From assembly GCA_964291285.2 (NCBI GenBank), contig OZ219787.1, forward strand, positions 1,984,001-2,048,000: 64,000 nt of DNA, given 5' to 3'. Shown here piece by piece: positions 52,202 through 61,704 of this stretch. The notes under the pieces are model-generated. The model ran no database searches and was not told the DNA's origin. It saw nothing but the letters and a program-made list of their open reading frames with translations. This stretch comes from Alphaproteobacteria bacterium. GTDB lineage: Bacteria > Pseudomonadota > Alphaproteobacteria > Bin95. Numbering within the stretch: position 1 is the first letter of the stretch; the number at the start of each line of letters is the position of its first letter. A program made the position numbers and the translations under genes.

Positions 52202-53404
52202 ATGCGCGATGCCTATATCTGCGACGCCGTCCGCACCCCCGTCGGCCGCCATTCCGGCGCGCTTGCCGCGGTCAGGGCGGACGATCTCGCCGCCCTGCCG
52301 CTCAAGGCGCTGATGGAGCGCAATCCGGGCCTCGACCCGGAAGCCGTCGAGGATGTGATCTTCGGCTGCGCCAACCAGGCGGGCGAGGACAACCGCAATG
52401 TCGCGCGCATGGCGGTGCTGCTGGCCGGCCTGCCCCAGTCCGTGCCGGGCAGCACGGTGAACCGGCTCTGCGGCTCGTCGCTCGATGCGGTCGGCTCGGC
52501 CGCCCGCGCCGTCAGGCTCGGCGAGGCGGACCTGATGATCGCGGGCGGCGTCGAGAGCATGTCGCGCGCGCCCTATGTGGTGAGCAAGTCCGGCGCGCCC
52601 TGGGGCCGGGACATGCAGATGTTCGACACCTCCATCGGCTGGCGCTTCGTCAACCGCCGGATGGAGGAGGAGTTCGGCACGGACTCCATGCCGCAGACGG
52701 CCGAGAACCTGGCCCAGGAGCGGCAGATCTCGCGCGAGGACCAGGACGCCTTCGCCGCGCGCAGCCAGCAGCGCGCGGTTGCAGCACAGGAAAACGGGCG
52801 GCTCGCGAAGGAGATCGTCGCGGTGACTATCCCGCAGCGGCGCGGCGAGCCGGCGGTCGTGGACAGGGACGAGCATCCGCGCCCCGGCACGACGGCGGAG
52901 AGCCTCGGCAAGCTGCGCTCTCTGCACAGGGACGGCACGGTGACCGCAGGCAACGCCTCGGGCGTGAACGACGGCGCCGGCGCGCTCATCATAGCGAGCG
53001 AGGAGGCGGTGAAGCGCCACGGGCTGACGCCGAGAGCGCGGGTGCTCGGCATGGCGACTGCCGGCGTGCCGCCGAGGATCATGGGCATCGGCCCCGCGCC
53101 GGCCACACGCAAGCTGCTGGAGCGGCTCGGCATCTCGATCGGCGAGATCGACGTGATCGAGCTCAACGAGGCGTTCGCCGCCCAGTCCCTTTCGGTCACG
53201 CGCGACCTCGGCCTTCCCGACGACGCCGAGCATGTGAACCCCAATGGCGGTGCCATCGCGCTCGGCCACCCGCTCGGCATGAGCGGCGTGCGCCTCGCCG
53301 GCGCGGCGACGCAGGAGCTCCAGGAGCGGGACGCCCGCTACGCGCTCTGCACCATGTGCATCGGCGTCGGCCAGGGCATCGCCGCGGTGCTGGAGCGGGT
53401 GTAG
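52202..53404 (+). CDS. pcaF: 3-oxoadipyl-CoA thiolase (PcaF/PaaJ)
   Basis: GCANQAGEDNRNVARM, NRLCGSS, NEAFA, GHPLG, CIGVGQG. Confidence 0.9.
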   Translation: MRDAYICDAVRTPVGRHSGALAAVRADDLAALPLKALMERNPGLDPEAVEDVIFGCANQAGEDNRNVARMAVLLAGLPQSVPGSTVNRLCGSSLDAVGSAARAVRLGEADLMIAGGVESMSRAPYVVSKSGAPWGRDMQMFDTSIGWRFVNRRMEEEFGTDSMPQTAENLAQERQISREDQDAFAARSQQRAVAAQENGRLAKEIVAVTIPQRRGEPAVVDRDEHPRPGTTAESLGKLRSLHRDGTVTAGNASGVNDGAGALIIASEEAVKRHGLTPRARVLGMATAGVPPRIMGIGPAPATRKLLERLGISIGEIDVIELNEAFAAQSLSVTRDLGLPDDAEHVNPNGGAIALGHPLGMSGVRLAGAATQELQERDARYALCTMCIGVGQGIAAVLERV

Positions 53405-53495
53405 CCTTACCGGCAGCCGTATCCGCACCGGCCTGACGCCGGAGCCTTCGGGACAGGGGGCGGCCCGCCCCGCCATTACCGCCGCAAGGGGGCCC

Positions 53496-54821
53496 ATGAC
53501 CGCAACCCGCCAGCTCCGGTTAGGGGCGTTCATGCGCCCGGTCAGCATCCATACGGCGTGGTGGCGCTATCCGGGCAGCGCGCCCGACGCCAATTTCAAC
53601 CTCGGCCATCTGGTCGCGTTCGCCCGGACGCTCGAACGCGGATGCTTCGATGCGTTCTTCATGGCCGATCACCTTGCGGTGCTCAACATGCCGATGGAGG
53701 CGCTCAAGCGCAGCGCCACCGTCACCTCGTTCGATCCGCTCACGCTGCTGCCGGCGCTGGCGATGGTCACCGGGCGCCTCGGCCTCATCGCGACCGCATC
53801 GACCACGTTCGAGCCGCCCTATACGGTCGCCCGGCGGTTCGCATCGCTCGATCACATCAGCAACGGGCGCGCAGGCTGGAATCTCGTCACGACCTCGAAT
53901 CCGGATGCCGCGCTCAACTTCGGCCAGACCGGGCAGATGGCGCACGCCGAGCGTTACCGCCGGGCCCGTGAGTATTACGATGTAGTGACCGGCCTGTGGG
54001 ACAGCTGGGCCGACGACGCCTTCACGCGCGATGTCGGGACGGGGCAGTTCTTCGATCCCGACCGGCTCCACACCCTGGACCATCGCGGCGAGTTCTTCTC
54101 CGTGCGCGGACCGCTGAACATCGCCCGTCCGGTGCAGGGCTGGCCGCTCATCGTGCAGGCCGGCGCGTCGGAGGCGGGCCGGCAGCTCGCAGCGGAAACC
54201 GCGGAGATGGTGTTTACCGGACAGGGCACGCTGGCCGAGGGTCAACGCTTCTACGCCGATGTGAAGGGCCGGATGGAGCGCATCGGGCGCGATCCCGACC
54301 ACATGAAGATCCTGCCCGGCGTCCTTGTCGTCATCGGGGACAGCGTCGAGGAGGCGCGCGAAAAGCGGGCGTATCTCGACAGCCTGGTCAACGAGGACAG
54401 CGCGATCGCGAGCTTGTCCATCGCGCTCGGGCACGACGCTTCGGCCTTCGACCCGGACGGGCCGCTGCCAGAGGTGCCCGAGAGCAATGCGAGCAAGAGC
54501 GGCCGGGAGCGCGCCATTGCGCTCGCACGGCGCGAAGGGCTGACCGTGCGCGAGCTCGCGCGCCGTCTCGGCGGCTATTCGGGGCTCGCCATGGTCGGCA
54601 CGCCGGCCACCATTGCCGATGAGATGGAGCACTGGCTCGAGGCCCGGGGCAGCGACGGCTTCAATGTCATGTTCCCTTACCTGCCCGGCAGCCTGGACGC
54701 CTTTGTGGACCGGGTCGTGCCCGAGTTGCAGCGCCGGGGCCTCTATCGCCGTGCGTATGAGGGCGCCACGCTGCGCGAGAACCTCGGCGTGCCGCGTCCG
54801 CCCAACCGGTTCTTCCGGTAG
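53496..54821 (+). CDS. LLM flavin-dependent monooxygenase (NtaA/SnaA/DszA family)
   Basis: FMADHL, ARRFASLDHISNGRAGWNLVT, QAGASEAG, VPELQRRG. Confidence 0.92.
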   Translation: MTATRQLRLGAFMRPVSIHTAWWRYPGSAPDANFNLGHLVAFARTLERGCFDAFFMADHLAVLNMPMEALKRSATVTSFDPLTLLPALAMVTGRLGLIATASTTFEPPYTVARRFASLDHISNGRAGWNLVTTSNPDAALNFGQTGQMAHAERYRRAREYYDVVTGLWDSWADDAFTRDVGTGQFFDPDRLHTLDHRGEFFSVRGPLNIARPVQGWPLIVQAGASEAGRQLAAETAEMVFTGQGTLAEGQRFYADVKGRMERIGRDPDHMKILPGVLVVIGDSVEEAREKRAYLDSLVNEDSAIASLSIALGHDASAFDPDGPLPEVPESNASKSGRERAIALARREGLTVRELARRLGGYSGLAMVGTPATIADEMEHWLEARGSDGFNVMFPYLPGSLDAFVDRVVPELQRRGLYRRAYEGATLRENLGVPRPPNRFFR

Positions 54822-55032
54822 GATTTCGCAACAACCGCCGAACGCTGCCGCATGACCGCGCCGCACACGCCCCCGACGGAGGGGCGCACAGGTATGACGG
54901 ACAGGAGGGGTGGACCGGGAACACCGCGCGGCCCCGAAAATCCCCGACCGGCCTCGCCCGATGGCTGAACCAACCGGACAGCAGTGGAACAAGTCCGGGC
55001 ATGACGGGAAGAGGAGGATGGCGGTATTTTTT

Positions 55033-55066
55033 CTTGACTTTATCCCCGATAGTTCTATATAAGTTC
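55033..55066 (+). promoter_or_regulatory. Sigma70-type promoter overlapped by a perfect alphaproteobacterial LexA box
   Basis: CTTGAC-N16-CTATAT; GTTC-TATATAA-GTTC at 55052-55066 covers the -10. Confidence 0.7.
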
Positions 55067-55295
55067 CATTCCGGTGCACGGAGAGAGCGAGGGAATGACC
55101 TGACGGGCTATCGGGCCGGACGCATTGCGGCGTCCGTTCCGGCGCGAATTTCGAAGGAAACTGCCGGCGGCCGGGGGCCGGGCGGCAAACCGGCGAGATG
55201 CGCGCGCCGCGATAGCCGGCGATGCGTTTTCAGGCCGTTTGAGTGCGTCGATTGGCAGGTCGGGTTGAACCGGCGGGGACGGAAAGGGGCAAGGC

Positions 55296-55727
55296 GTGGC
55301 GGAAGGGCCGGAAGACGGGTCGGAGAAGTCCGGGCGGGGCCGGGCGGTCGGCATGGCGTTGCGGAGCCGGGCGGTGGCGGCGGTGCTGGAGGAGGGCATG
55401 AGCACCCGGGCGGCGGCGGCGCGGTTCGGGCTGAGCGCGCCGAGTGTCAGCCGCTGGGTGAAGCGTTTCCGCGAGCGCGGACATGCGCGGCCGGATGCGC
55501 GCGGGGGGAGTCTCTCGCGGGTGGAGGCGGAGCGCGACCGGATCGTCCGCATCCTGGAGGCGCGCCCGGAGCTGTCCAGCCGGGCGCTGGGCGAGGCGCT
55601 GGCCGCAGAGGGCGTGCGGTTCGCCGACCGGACCCTGCGCGGGTTCCTCAAGCGCCACCGGATGGAGCGCCGCCGCCGTCTCGCCGTCCGCCGCCAGCGG
55701 AAGCGGTGGAAGGCAAGCGGCGGTTAG
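55296..55727 (+). CDS. IS630-transposase-derived HTH-only protein
   Basis: ALRSRAVAAV..MSTRAAAARFGLSAPSVSRW..EARPELSSRALGEALAAEGV..TLRGFLKRH; no downstream DDE frame. Confidence 0.78.
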   Translation: MAEGPEDGSEKSGRGRAVGMALRSRAVAAVLEEGMSTRAAAARFGLSAPSVSRWVKRFRERGHARPDARGGSLSRVEAERDRIVRILEARPELSSRALGEALAAEGVRFADRTLRGFLKRHRMERRRRLAVRRQRKRWKASGG

Positions 55728-55832
55728 AAGGCACCCGCTGGCCTTGCCGGGTGGGCATCCGCCCTCCATTCGCCGCCCCCGCGCCCCGGCGGGAACCTGC
55801 TCCGAACCGTCACCCCGGACTTGCCTGCCCCA

Positions 55833-55984
55833 TCCCTTATCCTGAGTAGCGACCGCGCCAGCGGGCGCGTATCGAAGGACCGCCCTGAGCCTGTCGAAGG
55901 GGACCGCCCCGAACTGCCGGCAGCCGTCCTTCGATATGCGCCGGCCTTCTCAGGGCGAAGGCCGGCGCTACTCAGGATGAGGGA
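55833..55984. repeat. Palindromic REP/MITE-like element, copy 2 (inverted relative to copy 1)
   Basis: TCCCTTATCCTGAGTAGCG...CGCTACTCAGGATGAGGGA; nested CCTGAGCCTGTCGAAGG; left arm matches the reverse complement of the copy 1 right arm. Confidence 0.85.
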
Positions 55985-56140
55985 CGCCGGGCGGCCGATC
56001 CGAGCCTCGATTCCGCCGGCCCCTTCGCAACCCGGTTGAACCCGGGCCGTGCGCTCTGTCCGCAAACCTAAACCGGACAGCAGTGGCGTCGATCCGGGTT
56101 CGGGCATGGCGGGCGGCGCGGTTGGGCATTACGCTGCGGC

Positions 56141-57319
56141 ATGATCTCAGCGAAACCGCGCCCGGATGAGCCGCCCTGCATCGCCGGGGCGCGCGCCCTC
56201 GGCGACACGATCCGGGCGCACGCCGAGGCCATCGAGCGCGACCGGCGCCTGCCCGATGCGCTCATGGACCGCCTGCACGAGGCCCGGCTCGCCCGGATGC
56301 TCCTGCCGCGCTCGGCCGGGGGCGACGAGATCGCGCCGGGCGTCTATCTCGACACGCTGATCGAGCTCGCGCGCCATGACGGCTCGGTCGGCTGGAACAT
56401 CTTCGTGGCCAACAGCGCCGCGCTCCTCGCCGCGTTTCTTCCCCTCGACGCCGCGCGCGAAATCTATGCCCGCCCCGACGCCCTGATGGCCTGGGGGCCG
56501 CCCGATTCGCACCAGGCCCGCGCCGTCGAGGGCGGCTACCGGGTGGGCGGCGAGTGGAGCTTCGCCTCGGGCTGCCGCCACGCCACCTGGATGGGCGCGC
56601 ATTGCCAGGTGCTGGAGCCGGACGGGTCGCTGCGCCGCAACAGCGCCGGCCGCCCCGCCATTCGCAGCCTGCTGTTCCCCGCCGGGCAGGCGCAGCTGCT
56701 CGACGACTGGAACCCCATCGGGCTGCGCGGGACCGGGTCGGAAAGCTACCGCGTCGAGGACGTGTTCGTGCCCGAGCGGTTCAGCGCCACGCGGGAGGAG
56801 CCGGCCGAGCGCCGGGAGCCCGGTCCCCTCTACGCCTTTACCCAGCAAAGCCTCTATGCGGTCGGCGTGGCCGGGGTCGCGCTCGGCCTCGCCGATGCCA
56901 TGCTCGATGCCTTCTTGGAACTCGCCCGCGGGAAGACGCCGCGCGGCCTCGCGCGCCATGCCGAGAGCCCCGGGGTCCAGGCGGAGGTCTCCCGCAGCCT
57001 CGCGCGCCTCGGGTCGGCCCGGGCGTGGCTGGTGGAGACCGTCGATGCCGTTTATGACAGCGCGCAGGACATTGCCTGTATCGACGTGCCCACCCGGGCC
57101 CGCGTCAGGCTCGCCTGCAGCCACGCCATCCAGGGCGCGGTGGAAACGGCCGCGGCGCTTTACCGGCTCGCCGGCGTCGACGCCATTTTCCCCGGCAGCG
57201 CTTTCGAGCGGCGCTTTCGCGACATCCACACGCTGTCCCAGCAGATCCAGTCGCGCCCGCAGCATTTCGAGGCCACCGGCCACGTCCTCCTCGGCGGCGC
57301 GCCCGAGGTGTTCTACTAA
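56141..57319 (+). CDS. Acyl-CoA dehydrogenase-like flavin-dependent hydroxylase (HsaA/HpaH type)
   Basis: DGSVGW, WSFASGCRHATW, WNPIGLRGTGS, ERRFRDIH. Confidence 0.88.
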   Translation: MISAKPRPDEPPCIAGARALGDTIRAHAEAIERDRRLPDALMDRLHEARLARMLLPRSAGGDEIAPGVYLDTLIELARHDGSVGWNIFVANSAALLAAFLPLDAAREIYARPDALMAWGPPDSHQARAVEGGYRVGGEWSFASGCRHATWMGAHCQVLEPDGSLRRNSAGRPAIRSLLFPAGQAQLLDDWNPIGLRGTGSESYRVEDVFVPERFSATREEPAERREPGPLYAFTQQSLYAVGVAGVALGLADAMLDAFLELARGKTPRGLARHAESPGVQAEVSRSLARLGSARAWLVETVDAVYDSAQDIACIDVPTRARVRLACSHAIQGAVETAAALYRLAGVDAIFPGSAFERRFRDIHTLSQQIQSRPQHFEATGHVLLGGAPEVFY

Positions 57320-58611
57320 TTCATCCAGGCGGCCACGGCGCCCGGCTTCTGGGCGGCGCGCTCGGCCACCAGCGCCCGGAGTTCGCGCTCGCGCCCGGCC
57401 TGCCTGGCGGCGGCGATCAGGAGCTGCATGAACACATCGCGCTGGGCGTGGCTGCCGCCGAGGCGGTACAGCTCGTAGCGGACCGGCTCCAGCAGCTTGA
57501 AGCAGCGCTCCGGCTCGCCGGCGCCGAAGGCCGCGATGGCCTCGCAAAGCGGCAGCCCGACATCGTCATAGACGGCGTCGGCCGTCGCCTCGCCGCTGCG
57601 GGCGGACATGGCGTCGAGATGGCCCCGCACGCTTTCCGTGTCGCCGGCCATGGCGAGCGCCGCCATGTAATGGGCGTCGAAGAAGGGGAAGATGCCGTCG
57701 GCGAACCGGCCGGCGGCGTGTTCGGCCAGTTCCGCCCAGCGCCCGCCGGCGTCCACGCCCCGGAAATGCAGGCGGAGCAGCATGGAGGCCGCATTCGCGA
57801 TGTCGAGCACGTCGTCGCTCGCGGCGTCGGCCCTGAAACGGTTGTCATAGAGGTCGAGCGCCGCATCCGCCTCGTCCAGCGCCAGGTGGAACAGCGCCTG
57901 GTGCCACCACAGATGGTGGCGGAAATTGTGGACCTTGTGTTCCCAGTGCGCCTCGTTCTCGCGGACCCAGGCGATGCCTTCCCCGGCGCGGCCCTGCATC
58001 TCCATGACATGGGCGACGGAGTGGACCGACCACGCATCGGAGGGGTCTATGGCCACAGCCCGGCGGCCGAAATCCTCGGCCCGGGCGTAGTCGCCGACCT
58101 CCTCCAGCCCGAAGGCGCGCATGCCGAGCACATAGCCGTAGCCGGGCACGCTCTCGTCCCAGGCCGGCAGCACGCGCGCGACGCTGTCCCGGTGCTGGGC
58201 GAGCGCGCCGTGATAGAAATGCAGGTAGTGCGCGAGGCGGATGGCGAGGATGTCGCGCGGGTGGTCCAGCAGGATGTCCTCGAAGCGGAGGACGGCCCCG
58301 GCCGTGTCGCCCGCAGCCCAGCGCGACAGGGCGTCCGCATGGGCGCGTTCGCGCGCCGTCGCCGCCAGCGCGCCTGCCTGTTCGCCGGACTTCGCCGCCC
58401 GCGGGCGGAGCGCGCCCACTCCCATCAGCAGGAAGAAATAGCCCCGGAGGGCATGGGCCATCGGCATCTCGGCATCGGCGTCGAATGCAGCCTTGAGCAG
58501 CGGCCCGGCCTCCCGCCCGAAAGCCAGGAAATCGTCGAGCGCCGCATCCAGCGCGGCCGCCGCCTCGCCGCCGGCTGCGGTCAGTTCCAGACCCCGCTTG
58601 TCCTGAGCCAA
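57316..58611 (-). CDS. Tetratricopeptide repeat protein, TTC38-like
   Basis: HPRDILA, GMRAFGLEE, DAWSVHSVAHVMEM, HLWWHQALF, LGGSHAQRDV. Confidence 0.85.
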   Translation of the reverse strand: MAQDKRGLELTAAGGEAAAALDAALDDFLAFGREAGPLLKAAFDADAEMPMAHALRGYFFLLMGVGALRPRAAKSGEQAGALAATARERAHADALSRWAAGDTAGAVLRFEDILLDHPRDILAIRLAHYLHFYHGALAQHRDSVARVLPAWDESVPGYGYVLGMRAFGLEEVGDYARAEDFGRRAVAIDPSDAWSVHSVAHVMEMQGRAGEGIAWVRENEAHWEHKVHNFRHHLWWHQALFHLALDEADAALDLYDNRFRADAASDDVLDIANAASMLLRLHFRGVDAGGRWAELAEHAAGRFADGIFPFFDAHYMAALAMAGDTESVRGHLDAMSARSGEATADAVYDDVGLPLCEAIAAFGAGEPERCFKLLEPVRYELYRLGGSHAQRDVFMQLLIAAARQAGRERELRALVAERAAQKPGAVAAWMN

Positions 58612-58745
58612 AGTCAGCCTCCCGAAAATCCGTAGCCGCCGGTCCGTCCGGTTGCTGAGCAGCGTAGAACGGATTTGAACGACGCGCCAAGATGGGAACG
58701 GGCGGCGGCACGCGAATGGCTGCGGGAAGATCGGGAGAGCGCGGG

Positions 58746-59684
58746 ATGGGGAAAGCCTGGGAGATACCGGAACCGGCGGATGTGCTCGAAGTCCCCACCG
58801 CTGACGGAAGCATCATCCATGTCCGCCGTCACGGCGTTCCGCACGGGCCGCGCCTGCTTCTGACCCACGGGAACGGCATGGCCGTGGATGCCTATTTCCC
58901 GTTCTGGGGAGGATTGACGGACCGGTTCGACATCTTCGTCCACGATCTCCGCAACCACGGGTGGAACCCGGTTGGCCGTCTCGAAGACCACCGGATCGCC
59001 AATCTGGTCGACGATGGCGGCCGGGTGGCGGGAGCCATCGAGCGGAATTTCGGCAGCAGGCCCCTGACCGGCGTGTTCCATTCCCTCTCCGGGCTGCTCG
59101 GCCTCTGGCAATCCATCGCGGGCGCAATCCGGTTCGACGCCATCGTGGCGTTCGACCTGCCGCTTGTGCCGCCCGGCCAGACCCGCGGCGACCTCGAAAG
59201 GGTAGGAAAACACCTGGGCCGAATGGCGCGCAAGCGGCGCAGCAGCTACCCGACTCGGGAAGGCTTCGCCCGGCGGCTGGCCCGGATGCCGGTGTTCAAC
59301 CGGCTGCAGGCGAGGGACTTCGACCTGATCGCGCGGACGACGCTGAGGGAACGGGCCGACGGCGGACACGAACTCAGATGCCCGCCGGAGTACGAAGCGC
59401 AGATGTTCGAGGAATACTATTCCTGGTCGAGCATAACCGAGACGAGAGACGCGCCCTGCCCGGTAAAGGCGATTTCCGCGGACCCGACGATAACCGGCAC
59501 CTATCTTCCCGGAGAGGGGATGGAGGAACTGGTGCATGTGGACTACGACTTCGTCCCGGAAACCTCCCATCTGCACCAGATAGAAGCACCGGAGCAATGC
59601 CGCGAGGCGATGCTGGAATTTCTCGACGGGATCGGTTTTCAGGAACAGGCGTCGGCGGACCGGGCGAACTCATGGCCGGAGTAA
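58746..59684 (+). CDS. Alpha/beta fold hydrolase
   Basis: THGNG, DLRNHG, FHSLSG nucleophile elbow, TSH; 3' end overlaps the convergent gene by 46 bp. Confidence 0.82.
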   Translation: MGKAWEIPEPADVLEVPTADGSIIHVRRHGVPHGPRLLLTHGNGMAVDAYFPFWGGLTDRFDIFVHDLRNHGWNPVGRLEDHRIANLVDDGGRVAGAIERNFGSRPLTGVFHSLSGLLGLWQSIAGAIRFDAIVAFDLPLVPPGQTRGDLERVGKHLGRMARKRRSSYPTREGFARRLARMPVFNRLQARDFDLIARTTLRERADGGHELRCPPEYEAQMFEEYYSWSSITETRDAPCPVKAISADPTITGTYLPGEGMEELVHVDYDFVPETSHLHQIEAPEQCREAMLEFLDGIGFQEQASADRANSWPE

Positions 59685-61666
59685 CAGGCCGCCGCGATGA
59701 GGCCCGGCGCGAGGCAATCGCCGATCCGCGTCACCGACCGGACGCCGGCGTCCTCCCACTCGTCCCTGCGGGCGGCCAGGCCGTCCCACAGCCCGTCATT
59801 CGGCAGGCGCGAGGTAACCGCGACCAGCGTCCCGCAATCCACCTCCTGCGTCCTGCCGGAATACACGCATTCGACCCGAAGCCGGTCCTTCGACAGCCCG
59901 GCAAGCCCGTGCAGCGGCACGATCTCGACACCCAGCCCGATCAGCCGCTTCTGGATGCGCTCCTGTTCCAGCGTGTTCTCCGACCAGGGGGCGACGATGG
60001 GAGCCGGCGTCACGAATATCGTGCGATGCCCGGCTCCCGCCACCAGCTCCGCCAGAACGCTTGCCATGTAGAACCTGTCATCGTCGAAAAGGACGACCGG
60101 GCCGGGCGCGGTTATCGCGCCAATGCCGCGCGTCATCAGGTCGTCGGAGGTCAGCACGGGTTTGCCGGCCAGGAAGGGCAGGGGCTTCCTGTGTTTCCGG
60201 CCGACCCCGTCCGCGCGCCATGCCGCTCCGGTCGCCAGAACGACATGGGGGCTCCCGTGTTCGAGAATGTCCGCGGTCGTGAGCCGGCTCTCCAGATACA
60301 TCCGGACGCTCGGGGATTGCCGCAATTGTCCGAGCCGCCAGTCGCGCACGCGGGCCCAGGCCGCCAGGCCGGGAAGCCGGCTTTCTCGTGAGACCCGGCC
60401 TCCCCATTCGGATTCTGCTTCAGCCAACACGACTTCCGCGCCGCGCCGGACGAGCGCACGTGCCGCCTCAAGACCTGCCGGACCGCCGCCCACCACCAGA
60501 TACGGTCCCCTGTCCGCGAGCTCGGGGATGGCCTCCGGGTGCCAGCCGCGCCGCCATTCCTCGCCCATTGTCGGGTTCTGGGTGCAGCGTATGGGCACCC
60601 TCGTCCGGTCTCCCGCGACGCAGATATTGCACCCGATGCACTCCCGGATATCGTCGATGCGCCCGTCGCGAATCTTGTTCGGAAGGAACGGGTCGGCAAT
60701 CGAAGGCCGCGCGGCGCCGATGAAGTCCAGGATGCCGTTCCCGACGGTGCGCGCCATGGTGTCGGGCGAGGTATAGCGGCCCACGCCGACGACAGGCTTG
60801 CTCGTCAGGGACTTCACGAAAGCGATGTAGGGCTCCTGGAATCCCTCCTCGGAGAAGCGCGATGTCTGGCTGTCATTGGCCCAGTCGGAGAGGTTGACGT
60901 CCCAGAGGTCAGGTTCGTCCGCGAGCGCCGCCACGATGTCGCGGCCTTCGTCGTCATGGGTTATCCCGTCTTCGCCGAGAAGCTCATCGACGGCCAGCCG
61001 TATGGCGATCCCGCATTTGTCGCCGACGGCTTCCTTCGTGTCGGCAAGCACTTCCCGGAAGAGCCGCAACCGGTTCTCGAACGAGCCGCCATATTCGTCG
61101 GTGCGGTGGTTGTAGCGCTTCAGCAGGAAGTGCTGGAGAAGCGTCAGATCGTGGCCGGCATAGACATAGACGATGTCGAAGCCGATTTCCCTTGCGAGCA
61201 GCGCGGCGTCCCGGTGCCAGCGCCGGAAGTCCGCGATGTCCGCCCGGTCCATCCCGCGGGCCTGCAAGGGGTCGTCGCTGTCCACCACTGCATGAGACGG
61301 CGCCAGCGGGGGAACGCGGCTGTAGCGGTTGTTGGAGTGCAGCCCGTTATGGACGAGTTCGACCGCGGCGAGGCTTCCATGGGCATGGATGGCGTCCACG
61401 GTCAGTCTCAGCGCCGACACCCCGGCCTCGTCCCACAACCGCGCCTGGTTGGAGGGCGAGACGTCGGAGGTCGGGTGGATTTCCGTTTCCTGGGTGGATA
61501 CGACGCCCCATCCGCCCTCGGCCTTGACGCCGCGAAGCGCGGCTTCCGACTCCGGGTAGCGGTGCCCCATGCCGGTGCAGTGCGGCACCTGGTAGAAGCG
61601 GTTGGGCGCCGTTACGGGGCCGATCCGGACAGGCTCGAACAGGATGTCGTATCGGGGGTCCCGCAT
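59639..61666 (-). CDS. Trimethylamine/dimethylamine/histamine dehydrogenase-like flavoenzyme
   Basis: NRFYQVPHC, YVYAGH, RTDEYGGSFENR, ECIGCNIC...RCTQNPTMGEEWRRGWHPE, GGGPAG. Confidence 0.88.
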   Translation of the reverse strand: MRDPRYDILFEPVRIGPVTAPNRFYQVPHCTGMGHRYPESEAALRGVKAEGGWGVVSTQETEIHPTSDVSPSNQARLWDEAGVSALRLTVDAIHAHGSLAAVELVHNGLHSNNRYSRVPPLAPSHAVVDSDDPLQARGMDRADIADFRRWHRDAALLAREIGFDIVYVYAGHDLTLLQHFLLKRYNHRTDEYGGSFENRLRLFREVLADTKEAVGDKCGIAIRLAVDELLGEDGITHDDEGRDIVAALADEPDLWDVNLSDWANDSQTSRFSEEGFQEPYIAFVKSLTSKPVVGVGRYTSPDTMARTVGNGILDFIGAARPSIADPFLPNKIRDGRIDDIRECIGCNICVAGDRTRVPIRCTQNPTMGEEWRRGWHPEAIPELADRGPYLVVGGGPAGLEAARALVRRGAEVVLAEAESEWGGRVSRESRLPGLAAWARVRDWRLGQLRQSPSVRMYLESRLTTADILEHGSPHVVLATGAAWRADGVGRKHRKPLPFLAGKPVLTSDDLMTRGIGAITAPGPVVLFDDDRFYMASVLAELVAGAGHRTIFVTPAPIVAPWSENTLEQERIQKRLIGLGVEIVPLHGLAGLSKDRLRVECVYSGRTQEVDCGTLVAVTSRLPNDGLWDGLAARRDEWEDAGVRSVTRIGDCLAPGLIAAACYSGHEFARSADACS

Positions 61667-61704
61667 GGGCTGATGCCTTTCCCGAAAGCCGCGGGCAATC
61701 CGGC

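Larger units (their letters stand above)
54972..56086 (+). repeat. 16-bp direct repeat AACCGGACAGCAGTGG bracketing about 1.1 kb
   Basis: Exact copies at 54972-54987 and 56071-56086. Confidence 0.8.

Noticed and set aside
55183-55230. c-di-GMP-I riboswitch-like GGCAAACCGGC...GCCGGCGATGC
   Set aside because: Lacks the GNRA tetraloop and the GACGCAAAGC continuation
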